From Mobula hypostoma (Eukaryota): a DNA stretch of 64,000 bases. Where the stretch lies: contig NC_086109.1 of NCBI RefSeq assembly GCF_963921235.1, positions 30,940,001 to 31,004,000 on the forward strand. The letters run 5' to 3'. Positions 52,394 through 64,000 of this stretch are shown here, one piece after another. Under the pieces are notes generated by a model. The model ran no database searches. It was not told the origin of the DNA and saw only the letters and a list, made by a program, of their open reading frames with translations. Numbering within the stretch: the first letter of the stretch is position 1; every line of letters begins with the position of its first letter. Position numbers and translations under genes: made by a program.

Positions 52394-53547
52394 CAGTACT
52401 GTGCAACAGTCTTATGCACTTGTATCCAACTAGGATACCTAAGACTTTTGCACAGTGCAGTATTGGCCTACATGGAGCAGAAAGCAAGTTTGTAAATCTG
52501 GTGGGAGCAAAGATATTGGGAATGGGAAGGGAGGAATGATGTGTGAAAGGTGCCGGAGAAGGAGTGCCAGAGACAGAAGGTAGCGGGAGTGTGGCGCAGG
52601 TGCAGAAACCAGGCAAAGTCATTTGATTAGATTCTGAGGACACGCAGTTCTCTTTTATTGTCATTTGGTAATGCATGCATTAAGAAATGATACAATATTC
52701 CTCCGGTGTGATATCACAAAAACACAGGACAGACCAAGACTAAAAAACTAACAAAAACCACATAATTATAACATATAGTTACAACAGTGCAACAATACCA
52801 TAACTTGATGAAGAACAGTCCATAGCACAGTAAAAAAAGTTCAAAGTCTCTCGAGTGTCCCACATCTCATGCAGACGGGAGAAGGAAGAAAACTCTCCCT
52901 GCCATGCCTGACCAGTCCGACTCCGAGTTGTCCAAAAGCTTCGAGCCTCCGTTCAGCCCTCCGACACCGAGTACCAAACACCATCTCTATCTGAACGATT
53001 TGACCTCAGCCTCGGTCACCAGCAGCAGGCAAAGCCAGGGATTGTGGCACCTTCCCTCCGGAAGATTCTCAATTGCCCAGTAACAGCGGCAGCGAACCGG
53101 TGTTTCAGAAATTTCTCCAGATGTTCCTCTGTGCTTTCACGTCTGTCTCCATCAAATCAGAATTGTCCACGGCCCCTATTTAACAGATACGATATCATTT
53201 CACTGGAGAGCTGCGCGCACTACGTCGTGCCGCCATCTTCTCCTCCTGCCTCACCTGACAATTGGATCATTGATTATTACAGAATGTCTCTTTGGTGCAT
53301 CCTGCTCCCTCCCTTCTCCCTTCTCGTTTTCCCAACTATGATTCCCCTCTCCCCGCCCCCTTCCCACTCTCCGTCCACCATAGAGACCCATATCAGAATC
53401 AGGTGTATCATCTCTCATATATGTTGTGAAATGAGATTTTTTTTTGTGGCAGCGGTACAGTGCAATACATAAACTTACTACAGCGCTGTGCAGAAGTCTT
53501 GGGCATCCTAGCTATATATATGTACGTAAGACTTTTGCACAGTACTG
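52394..53547. mobile_element. Second copy of the 16650 Tc1-like element, carrying a ~620-bp unclassified insert (~52630-53255)
   Basis: TIRs cagtactgtgcaa / ttgcacagtactg; core collinear with 16650-17197. Confidence 0.8.
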
Positions 53548-53654
53548 CAATTGTTACTCCAGATCTGATGCAGCATAAAAAACACAATAAGATACCGAAT
53601 ACAATAATAAAAACACGATAAATATAAATACATGAAATAGCTTGCATACATATG

Positions 53655-54548
53655 CAAGGAGGATGCTAAGAGGATGAGGGTGACTTGGATAGGTTGGGTG
53701 AGTGGGCAAACTCATGGCAGATGCAATTTAATGTGGATAAATGTGAAGTTATCCACTTTGGTGGCAAAAATAGGAAAACAGATTATTATCTGAATGGTGG
53801 CCGATTAGGAAAAGGGGAGGTGCAACGAGACCTGGGTGTCATTATACACCAGTCATTGAAAGTGGGCATGCAGGTACAGCAGGCGGTGAAAAAGGCGAAC
53901 GGTATGCTGGCATTTATAGCGAGAGGATTCGAGTACAGGAGCAGGGAGGTACTACTGCAGTTGTACAAGGCCTTGGTGAGACCACACCTGGAGTATTGTG
54001 TGCAGTTTTGGTCCCCTAATCTGAGGAAAGACATCTTTGCCATAGAGGGAGTACAAAGAAGGTTCACCAGATTGATTCCTGGGATGGCAGGTCTTTCATA
54101 TGAAGAAAGACTGGATGAACTGGGCTTGTACTCGTTGGAATTTAGAAGATTGAGGGGGGATCTGATTGAAACGTATAAGATCCTAAAGGGATTGGACAGG
54201 CTAGATGCGGGAAGATTGTTCCCGATGTTGGGGAGGTCTAGAACGAGGGGTCACAGTTTGAGGATAGAGGGGAAGCCTTTTTAGGACCGAGGTTAGGAAA
54301 AACTTCTTCACACAGAGAGTGGTGAATCTGTGGAATTCTCTGCCACAGCAAACTGTTGAGGCCAGTTCATTAGCTATGTTTAAAAGGAAGTTAGATATGG
54401 CCCTTGTGGCTACAGGGGTCAGGGGGTATGGAGGGAAGGCTGGGTTCTGAGTTGGATGATCAGCCATGATCATAATAAATGGCGGTGCAGGCTCGAAGGG
54501 CCGAATGGCCTACTCCTGCACCTATTTTCTATGTTTCTATGTTTCTAC
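53655..54548 (+). mobile_element. Young CR1 3' fragment, near-identical to 49048-50085 in opposite orientation
   Basis: ORF 53685-54284; tail (ctatgttt)n. Confidence 0.95.
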
Positions 54549-54559
54549 ATATATTGATT

Positions 54560-55900
54560 GCATGTCCATAAAGTGATGGTAGGCACAGGAATATCTATAT
54601 GTATATAATGTGACTGTGACAGGAAATGATAAACTAATGGTGTGAAAGTGTGTGGTGCAGTAGGTTAGTGAGTCAAGGTGTGGATCAGCCTTACTACTTG
54701 GGGGAAGTAACTGGTGATCCTGCTGTGGATGCAAAGTGGCTTCCTCCTTAATCGGAGTGGGACAACAGTCCATCAGCAGGCTGGGTGGGATCCCTCATGA
54801 TGTTATTGACCCTTTTCTGGCACCCCTCTCTATATACTGTATGTCTTTGATGGTGGGTAGGCCTGTGCCGAGGATGCGTTGGGCAGTTTTGACCTTTGTA
54901 GAGCCTTCCTGTCCGTCACAGTGCTGTTTCTGTACCATGCCGTGATGCAGCATGTTAAGATGCTCCCTACTGCACATCTGTAAAAGGACGTGAATATAGA
55001 TGTGCATAGTCCAGCTCTCTTAAGCCCCCTCAGAAGGTATATTATTAAAGTCTGTCACGAGCCTTGTGTTTATGCCGATTTCTGTGGTGTGAAGCAACTG
55101 GTGCCCCCGCCCCCCCCCCCCCCGGATAGGACACCAGTCTATCACGAGGTTAACCCCCAGCATTTTTGCCAGTACCCATTCTCAGCTGGGTAGACTGGAG
55201 CAGTGTGTGGTTAAGTGCCTTGCTCAAAGACGCACACGCTGCCCCGGCCAGGGCTCGAACCCATGACCTTCAGATCGCTAGTCCAATGCCATAACCACTT
55301 GGCCACATGCCACACTCCTCTGGAAGTAGAGGCATTCTTAAGCTTTCCTCATTGTGTAGGATATGCTGTGGGACTATGAGAGTTTGCACAAGATGTGCTA
55401 TCGCAAGGGTTTGAAACTGCTTGCAGTTTTCACTGATGTGCTGTTGATGTGTTGTAAGTTTCCTTGAAGTCAATAAACATCTCCTTTGTCCTGTTGACAT
55501 TGAGACAGAGGTTATGTGCCTGGCACCTGGCCTCAGATCTTCCACCTCCACTCTGTAAGCTGCTTCTTGATCATTTGTGATGAGCCCCACCACTGTCTTG
55601 TTATTGGCGAACTTCAGAATGTGATCACTCAGGTGCTTGACTGTGCAGTCATGTGTGAACAGAGTGTACAGCAACGGGCTCAGCACACAGCCCTGAAGTG
55701 CGGTTATGCATCCTGATTATCTGAGGTCTGTTCATTAGGAAGCCCAACACTCTGTTGCACGGTGGTGTGTTTAGACAGAGGGGTAGGAATTTGTTCACCA
55801 AAGTCCGAGGGACAATAGTGTTGAATACTAAACTGGTATCCGGAAACAACATTGTGACATAAGTGTCCTTGTTTCTAGATGGGTCAGTGCCAGATGCATA
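54560..55900 (-). mobile_element. Decayed L2/Rex1-Babar RT fragment
   Basis: LSPLLYTLFTHDC...ILKFANNKTVVGLI (ORF 55270-55686). Confidence 0.8.
55040..55313 (-). mobile_element. tRNA-derived SINE
   Basis: Reverse complement: A box TGGCCAAGTGG, B box GGTTCGAGCCC, then ttgagcaaggcacttaacc core; taataata tail. Confidence 0.85.
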
Positions 55901-56129
55901 ACAGATGCATCTGTCATGGAGCAGTTTCATCGGTAAGCGTATTGCTGAATGTCCAATGTGGCAAGAATGGAGTTTTTGATATGTGCCATTACCAGGTTTC
56001 CCCTGTATTTCTGTATCCTTGGTGGAGATGTCATAGGTTTTTGAGATGCTGTTGAAATAGCTTGAATGTATTTTGTAGGTGGTGCACATCACAGGCATGG
56101 AGCATCTGTGGTGGAAGAAATGATTGCCA

Positions 56130-57540
56130 ATCAAGTGCAACAGGCTCAAAATGTTGGAGGAACTCAGCAGGTCAGGCAGCATCGATGAAAATGAATAAAC
56201 AGTTGATGTTTTGGGCCATCACCCTTCTTTAGGACTGGAAAGAAAGGGGAAAATTTCCAGAATAAAAAAGGTGGGTGGGAGGGGAAGGAGGATAGCTAGA
56301 AGGTGATAGGTGAACCCAGGTGGGTGGGAAAGGTAAAGGGCTGGAGAAGATGGAATTTGATAGGAGAGGAGAGTGGACCACGAGAGAAAGGGAAGATGGG
56401 GAATAGTAGAAGACAGAGAGGCAGGGGAATAAAAATTACCATGATGAGAAATCGATATTTGTGCCATCAGGTTGGAGAATACCCAGGCGTAATATGAGGT
56501 GTTGCTTTTCCACCCTGAGAGTGGCCTTATTGTGGCACAAAAGGAGTCCATGGAGCGACATGTTGGAACAGGAATGGGAATAAGAAAACTCTGCTTTTGG
56601 CAGATGAAGCGGAGATGCTCGACAAAGCGGTAACCCAATTTACAACGGGTCTCGCTAATGTAGAGAAGACCACATCAGAAGCACTGGATACAACGGATGA
56701 CCCCAACAATTTCACAGGGGAAGTGATGCCTCACCTGGAAGGGCTGTTTAGGAAGCTGCATGGATGTGAGGGCAGAGGCGGATGGGCAGGTGTAGCACTT
56801 TGGCCATTTGCAGGGATAATTGCTGGGAGGGAGATTATTGGGGAGGGTCAAATGGAGGGAGAAATCCCTGCAGAAAGCAGAGAATGGTGGAGGGGTGGAG
56901 GTAAGATATGTTTGTGGTTGGAGATGGTGGAAGTTGCAGAGAGTGATGAGGATGGGAAGGCTCCTGGAGTAGCAGGAAAGGACAAGAGGAACTCTATCCT
57001 TGTTAACGCAGTGGGAAGATGGAGTGGGTGAGGATATTTGTGATATGAAGGAGATGCGGGAGAGGGCAACATCAATGATGGAGGTGGGGAAACCCCCATT
57101 CTTTGAAAAAGGAGGACATTTCTGATGTCCTGGAAAGGTACGCCTCATCCTGGATACATATGCAATGGAAACAAATGAACTGAGAAAAAGAACGGCATTT
57201 TTAGAGGAGATAGGGTGGAAAAAGGTATAGTCAAGATAGCTGTGGGAATCAGTAGGTTCATAAAGGATGCTCGTGGACAGTTTGTCTCCTGAAATGGAGT
57301 CAGAGAGATCGAAAAAGGGGAGAGAGGTGTCAAAGGGCAGGGTGGAAATTGACTGTAAAGTTGATGGAATTGACATGCTCAGCTTGGAAGAGTTGGGGAG
57401 CATTACTAGGGATGGCTTGGAGCATGGACTGTTATACGTAGCCAAGAAAATGGCACACATACCTGGGGTCCATATGGATACCCATGGCTACCCCTTGAGA
57501 ATGGGGAAAGTGGGAGGAGCTGAAGAAGAAATTGTTGTCA
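56130..57540 (-). mobile_element. Older PLE with RT C-terminal half, GIY-YIG remnants and degenerate hammerhead (~56200-56236)
   Basis: LPFFDLSDSISGDKLSTSILYEPTDSHSYLDY, CKWPKCYTC and GYRFVEHL remnants. Confidence 0.88.
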
Positions 57541-59809
57541 AACAAGTGAGTTTCTTTGTCCTGGATGTGACTGGGCTTCTTGAGAATTATTGCATTTTCA
57601 GTTGCTTTCAGATTTCCTGCATTTGCAGTTGTCTTTTTTTATTTTCATAAGCAATAAATGTTTACCTAGCTAGTGACATTCAGATCGTGAAAATGAATGA
57701 TAAAAGAATCCTATTATAATTGCCAGAACCACAGCCAGAAAATTACTGCCTGTGACTGCAACATATATATGATTACTTGTCTCTGCGGCACTTGGTTGTC
57801 AGGTGACACACAAGCTGATCTGTATGTGTAGCAAAGAACCTCTGCACCTATTCTTTCTAGTAATCCGTCATTTTGAGGAAACAGTCAACATCAGCATTTT
57901 TAAACAGAATATGACGTCGCGGACGGTAGCCCCACAGCACATTGAGTTTATGCAAGCTTCATGTAAGGGCTAAAAGCTCCCTAGCACCAACCCCATGTTC
58001 TTGAACATTTTTTCCTTTTTCTAGTTCCTTTTCTAAGTGCCAAAATTGCTTGAAAGTATGTCCCAGAATGCAATCACAGTGCATAAAATTCATGTTTTTT
58101 TTTGCCATTATGCTATTTATTCATTCTATGTTTTGGTTCTTTATTCTCCTACCAACAATCTCTTTTTATTTGCTCTGCCTATACCCGCCGATGGTTTTTA
58201 AAAATGCATTTCATAGCCTCTCAACACTTCCTCATTATCATCAGATTATGAGAGCCTTAGACAGAATAGACAAATAGTATCTTATTCCCAGGTGAAAAGG
58301 GGCTAAGCTTAAAGGCGATGTGTGGGACAAGCCTTTCTCACAGAGAGTTGTGGGTCCTGGGAATGCACTGCCGGGGTGGTGGTGGATGCAAATAAATTAG
58401 AGGCTCTTTAGATAGACAAATGAATATGCTGAGAATAGAGAGATATGGCATTGTGTAGGTGGAAGAAACGTCTTTAGTTTAATGACTTCAGCAATTCATT
58501 ATATTTTTTGTTTCTTTGGATTTATTATGAATGTCCACAAAAAATGAATCTCAGGGTTGTATGGTGACATATATGTACTTTGATAATAACATTATTTTGA
58601 ACTTTAAGCTTTCAACATTGAACATTATTGTGGGCCAAAGGTCCTGTTCCTGCACTGAACTGTTTTAAGTTCTTCTGTTCTCATAAAGAACTGTCCCAGT
58701 TTCTCCAACCTTTCTGGATAAGTGAAGTCCTCCATTCTTGGATTCATTTTCATAAATTGGTTAATTGATTTATTGTCATTTGTATTGTATTCTTCCTGCA
58801 TGCTATCCATACAGATAATTTCTTTACAGATTATTCAGATCATACAAGGAAAATCTATAACAGAATTGTGAATAAAGTATTACCGTTACAGATAACGTGC
58901 CGTTCAAGTAAACAATAAGATCCAAGGCCACAATGATTATGAGATTGTGAGGTCAAAACTCCATCTTTTTTTCTACTAGAAGACAATTCATTAGTGTTAT
59001 AACAGTGGGATAGAAGTTGTCCTTGAGACTGATGATAGGTGCTTTCAAGCTTTTGTATCTTCTGCCTGACAGGAGAGTTAATTGAGGAAGTAGGTAAGTT
59101 TTCTTGCCTTTGGCATCTTATGTTTTTTTTTGCCTTGGCATCTTCAATAGTGCAAACTATTGGTGACCTTTATTCCTAGGAACTTGAGGTTTTCAACTCT
59201 CTCAACCTCAGCATCATTGATATGAACTGAAGCATGTGCACCCCATCCCCTTCTTGAAGTTAATGACTAGCTCTTTGGCTGGAAAGCTCTTCTACATGTT
59301 TTCTAATGACATTAATTCTTTCCAAATGTTTGGAATCCAGCACTAGATGCAATTCCCTGTTATGGCTGAACTACCGTTCATCATGACTTCTTGTTCTTGT
59401 GGTCTGTGCTTTTATTTACAAAGCCCAGGATGCCATTTTCTGAATATGCCCCACCAATTTCAGCGAACTATATACAGTACATGTCCTCTGGGTCTTTTTA
59501 TGTGCACTTTTAAGAATCTAGTTTATATTGTATCTTTCTATTCTTCCTGATAAAATATAACTTTAAATTTCCCAACATTAAATTTCATCTGCCACTTATC
59601 TTATGGTTTTCATCAGTCTCTCCATAACATTGAAATCTATTGCAATGCTCCTCATGTGTCACTCAGCAGTTAAGCCCCTTTAACTTTTTTATGTTTATTA
59701 TCATTGATTTTTGTCTTGAAATTTGTTTTGCAATGGTAGTACATTCCAATACATTAAAGAATTACTGAAAATTACAGTAAGAGATTATAATCTTTCAAAG
59801 ATTCTTAGG

Positions 59810-61220
59810 GATTCATTGAGTTATACAACATGGAAAGAGGTCTTTGAGGCTAATTTGTCAATAACAAAACAAGTTGCCTATCTATGTTAATCAATTTGCT
59901 TGCATTTAATCCATATTCCTCTCCACTATTCCTCTCTAGTCTTTTAACGTTTGTTATTAAACCTGCCTCCATCGCTTTCTCTAACAGCTCAGTCCATCTA
60001 TTCACCACCTTCTGTATGGAAAATCTTGCCCTGAGATTCCCTTTAAATCTTTCCTCTTTCACATTAAAGCTCTGCCCTCTTGTTTTTATTCCTCTATCCT
60101 TGGAAAAAGACTGTGACTACCTATCTAATCTCCCCTCATAATTTTATAAGTCCCTACAACTCAACTCTCAGTCTTCAACACAGTCTCAGCCTAATTTATC
60201 ATTCAACCCATCTCTTAATAACTCACAATCTCTAGTCCAGGCCAAATTGCTGTGAATCTTTTTGTTAGCTTGATTAGCAATGTGGTGAAATGTTACAGGG
60301 AGAAGGCAGAAGATAGGGCTGAGAGGGAAAGTAAGTTGGCTGTGATGTATTGGTGGAGATGGCTCGATGGGCCAAATAGCCTAATTCTGCTACTATTCTA
60401 TGTCTTATGGTCTTATGGTCTTAATCATATCCTTCCTTTTGTGTGTTGATCAGAACTACACAAAAAAAAACTTCAGGTGAGGCTTTGCCAATAAGCTGTA
60501 CAACTGTAGCATAACATTCCAATTCCTATATGCCTCAGCTGAAGAAAGTAAACTCACCACTTTCAGGAAATTATGTATTTAAAAGCAAAGGCCTTGCTAT
60601 TTAATAACACTCTCCAGATTTTCAGTTTTAAACCCACTGAGGATTTCAACTCCATATGTCCTTGCTGACACTCCGGAAGCAACTTCCTTCTTAGTAATGA
60701 CTGATATAACGTTTTCATTTAGCACAATAGTGCTCATGAATAGATATTCTCCTTGGTGTCCAATTGTTTCTTCTACTCCTCTTCCAAACTATTTTCAGGT
60801 CACTTCTCTATACAATGGTTTTGAATTAGCTTTTAGTTTTTTCTGTCAGTATTTTCTTATGCTCTACCTTTGCTCCTCTATTCTTTTAGCATCCCCTTTG
60901 AACTTGCCTGGTTCAACTTGATTTTAACTTGTATTGACAACCCGGAATCCAACATAAACTTTCTTTTTCTACTCTTATCTTTGTCTATCCCCTTTGCCAT
61001 TAAGGAAGCTCTGGCTTTGTTACCCTTCTCCATCAGAGGATCTACCTGGACTGTAGCTGAAAAAACACTAGCTAAATCAAGTTTGATTTTTCTGATTAAA
61101 TTTTCTGATGTAAGTGTTGCAGAAAAACGTGACAAGCCATAGTCAAAGCCAGTAACTAAGCTATCAGTTCCTAGAACAAGGGAGTCTGTGATTATTCTGA
61201 GATGTAGGTGCTTTCTCAGC
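59810..61220. mobile_element. Decayed CR1 fragments (mostly minus)
   Basis: RFKGNLRARFSIQKVVNRWTEL (59850-60062); KLKANSKPLYR remnant near 60810-60840. Confidence 0.65.
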
Positions 61221-61604
61221 ATTTAAAATAATATACTCAAAGGCCGAATGGAATGGCTGTAGATTTGTACTGCTAGGATGTTCATTTGTTGTTGATCAAT
61301 GTCATGATGTAATTTAAAGTGAATTGTATGACGCTATGCATCCTGAAAGTGATTTCCTGTGGTAGCTGTGAAATGATAGAACATTTTAAATAGTTCTTTT
61401 TGATCTCTATATTCCTGTCACAAGTAGGCGTTGAATGTAATTACTAGTCTGTTCACCATGATAATGCTGCAGCTTAATGCAAAGTGATTGATCCTTCTCC
61501 TGCTAGATGGAAGGAGTCTATGGTCCATAGTTGTTTTCTATTAGCAGGTTTCGTAATTTCTAACAACATTTACTACTATTAGACATCTTTGTTCTGTTCA
61601 CTGC

Positions 61605-62210
61605 AAATGCAGGATCTCCCATTCCCATATCGTCGTGTCTGCCCATGGCCTCCTCTACTGCCACAATGAGGCCAAACTCATCACCTCATATTCTGTTGCC
61701 TCCAACCTGATGGCTTGAAGATAAATATCTGTAACTTCTGGAAATTACTCCCCCAACCCCCCCCCACACTTCTCCTTTCTCTCTTTTTCCATTCCCCATT
61801 CTGGTTACTCTCTCACTCCCCCTGTTCTCCTCACCTGCCCATCACCTCCCTCTGATTTCTCTCCTCCTTCCTTTTATTATATAGTTCACTGTCCTCTCCT
61901 AATAAGTTCCATCTTCTTCAGCCTTCTACCTCTTTTATCTACCATCTCATAGCTTCTTAATTTGTTAAGCCTCCCCCCACACCCAGTTTCCCCCTCAGTT
62001 GGTCTCATCTGTCACCAACCATCTTGTAATCATCTCCCTCCATCTTGTAATCATCTCCCTCCATGTCACTTTCTTATTCTGACTTTGGTTCCCTTCCGTA
62101 GCAGTCCCGATGAAGGATTCAGCCTGGAAGATTCACTGTTTATTCCCCTCCATAGGTGCTGCCTGAATTATTGAGTTCCACCTACATTTTACACTATGTG
62201 TGTTGCTCAT
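61605..62210 (+). mobile_element. Decayed PLE 3' fragment with eroded hammerhead (~62104-62139)
   Basis: catggcctcctctactgccacaatgaggccaaactca...ctccaacctgatggc; agtc-ccgatga-aggattcagcct-ggaa. Confidence 0.75.
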
Positions 62211-62769
62211 TTACTAATATTGTTTTTCTTATTGAAATTCTAATTCATGCAAAAGATAGAATCATTGCAAAAGAAGATCTCCCTTGATTTCTGTAAGTTG
62301 AAAGTTTTTGGGGTTAGCTGTGAAATATGATAGTGTCCTTCCCAATGTCTAATTCGCTCTCTGGCTTTCTTCGTCTGTTTTAGATCACCCTCATCCTCCA
62401 AGGCATTTTGCAAATTGATACATATTGTTGCATATTATTGTCTATTTGGCAAAGTATTGAGTTGAATTTTATAATATCTCCTGTTGTACTTCTGTAAATT
62501 TATTTAAATAAGAGCCAGGTAAAGTGTGAAAGGGGGATAACATTGAGGAGAAAGTGTAGTATTCACACATTGCTTACATGGAAAGATAGGAGAAGAGGAA
62601 CGTCGACCCAGACCATGCGAGGCTTGCGTCGGGCTTTTTCATGCCTTACAAGGAAAGATAATCTAGAAACTAAAACCACAAAAATTGTCCCGGAGGGAAT
62701 TTGTTGCCTAAGGTTCATATCTATCACTAATACTATTTGCTTTCATCATCACCCCTTTAAAAGTTCAAC

Positions 62770-63255
62770 AGATAGGAAGGATGTAGAAGCTTTAGAAAGC
62801 ATACAGAGTAGATTCATCAGAATGCTGCTTCGACTATAGAGCATACCATATGAACACACGTTGATCCAGCTTTTCTCTGGAGCAAAGGAGGATGAGAAGT
62901 GACTTGATAGATGTTGTACAAGATGCATCAATCGAATGGATTGCCAGAGATTTTATCCCATGGCAGAAATGTTTAATAGCAGGCACATAATTTTCAGGTG
63001 ATTGGAGGAAGATATTTGGGGGCAGGCAGCAGAGTAAGTATTTTTACATAGAGAATGATGAGTGAGTGGAACATACTGCCAGGGGTGGTGGTAGAGGCAG
63101 ATATGCCAAGGGCATTTAAGAAACTCTTGGATTGACATGTGGATGAAAGAAAAATGGAGGGCAATGTAGGAGAGAAGGGATGGAGTATGTTATAAAAATC
63201 GGCGCAACATTGTGTATCGAGGTGCCTGTACTGTGCTTTAGTGTTCTATGTTCTA
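62770..63255 (+). mobile_element. Old CR1 3' fragment
   Basis: RKDVEALESIQSRFIRML; tail gttctatgttcta. Confidence 0.75.
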
Positions 63256-64000
63256 AATATAATAATATAATATCATTGCTTCTCTAGGTCCAGCAGTTTG
63301 ATGAATAAAATGGTATGTAACATTTAAAAAAAAAGAACTATGAAGTGGTCTGAATGGACAGAACTACAAACACAAACAGCAAATATTTAACTTACTGTGA
63401 GAATATACTGTATTTAACAAATTTAGGCAATGCTGATCTTTTTGATATTAATGGAGAATGCTCCCAACATCTTTCATCTCAAAATAAAGAGCCTAATGCT
63501 AATTAATACCTTTTATCAGCTTGTGTTTGTTATATTTGCATTAGCAACCTGCATCATTTGTTAATATATTTGCATTCGGAATGAACCAATCAATAACCTT
63601 TGGTTTATTTCACCAATTAAAAAGCTTGACTATTACTCAAAACGACTTCTCTGTCTTTAATATTTCTTACTACAGGTTTTGTATTCCCCACAACTTGAGG
63701 TTCATAGTAGGAGGTCAACTTTATTAAATGGATTGAATCAAGTCTGGGATGGAGAGTCTATCTACTCTGGCCAGATTTAACAAGCATCTGCTGTAAATCA
63801 TTAGCAGAAAGTACATTATGTTCCATATGACTGCAGTAGATAGAAAAATGACTCACTGCTAGAACTTTTGTGTAAAGACCAAGTGACTTTGTTAAGCTTT
63901 GCTTGAAAATTCCATGGGGAGTTGAAACAAAAAAAAGACACAGCAGGAAACTTAGATTTATGTAGACACTTTAATGTAGTAAGATGCCCCAAGGAAAATT

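Noticed and set aside
55240..55313. tRNA gene
   Set aside because: A and B boxes are present but run into a SINE body and tail, so it is a SINE head.
60878..61222. 114-aa minus-strand ORF as a host exon
   Set aside because: Its continuation resembles the decayed CR1 ORF2 linker (KLKANSKPLYR versus KVKINPKGFY) and it lies among CR1 debris.
62019..62062. 21-bp tandem duplication
   Set aside because: Ordinary slippage in a decayed PLE.
1..64000. CRISPR arrays or prokaryotic operons
   Set aside because: Vertebrate repeat landscape with no regularly spaced repeat-spacer array.

Overview
Repeat-dense, apparently gene-free (intergenic or intronic) vertebrate DNA. The repeat complement (CR1 LINEs, HE1/V-SINE-type SINEs, Neptune-type Penelope-like elements) suggests a cartilaginous fish, probably a ray or skate (inference). 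No intact host gene is evident, and nearly all ORFs in the track are transposon fragments or noise. Contents: many CR1 and L2/Rex1-Babar LINE fragments including a ~2.8 kb APE+RT CR1, a hAT-Charlie/Buster transposon with 8-bp TSDs, Tc1 derivatives, a decayed Gypsy element, tRNA-derived SINEs, and about a dozen Penelope-like element (PLE) copies or fragments. Three things stand out. (1) The PLE 3' ends carry a minimal type I hammerhead ribozyme, and several insertions share one architecture: 14-15 bp TSD, an inverted arm ending at a fixed base, and a short tail. (2) A 178-bp piece of the ZFTRAF1/CYHR1 5' coding region is inserted in circularly permuted order, as expected for an integrated small DNA circle. 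(3) An RTE-like 5' fragment shows nested base-pairing. Coordinates were read by eye and boundaries of old repeats are approximate.
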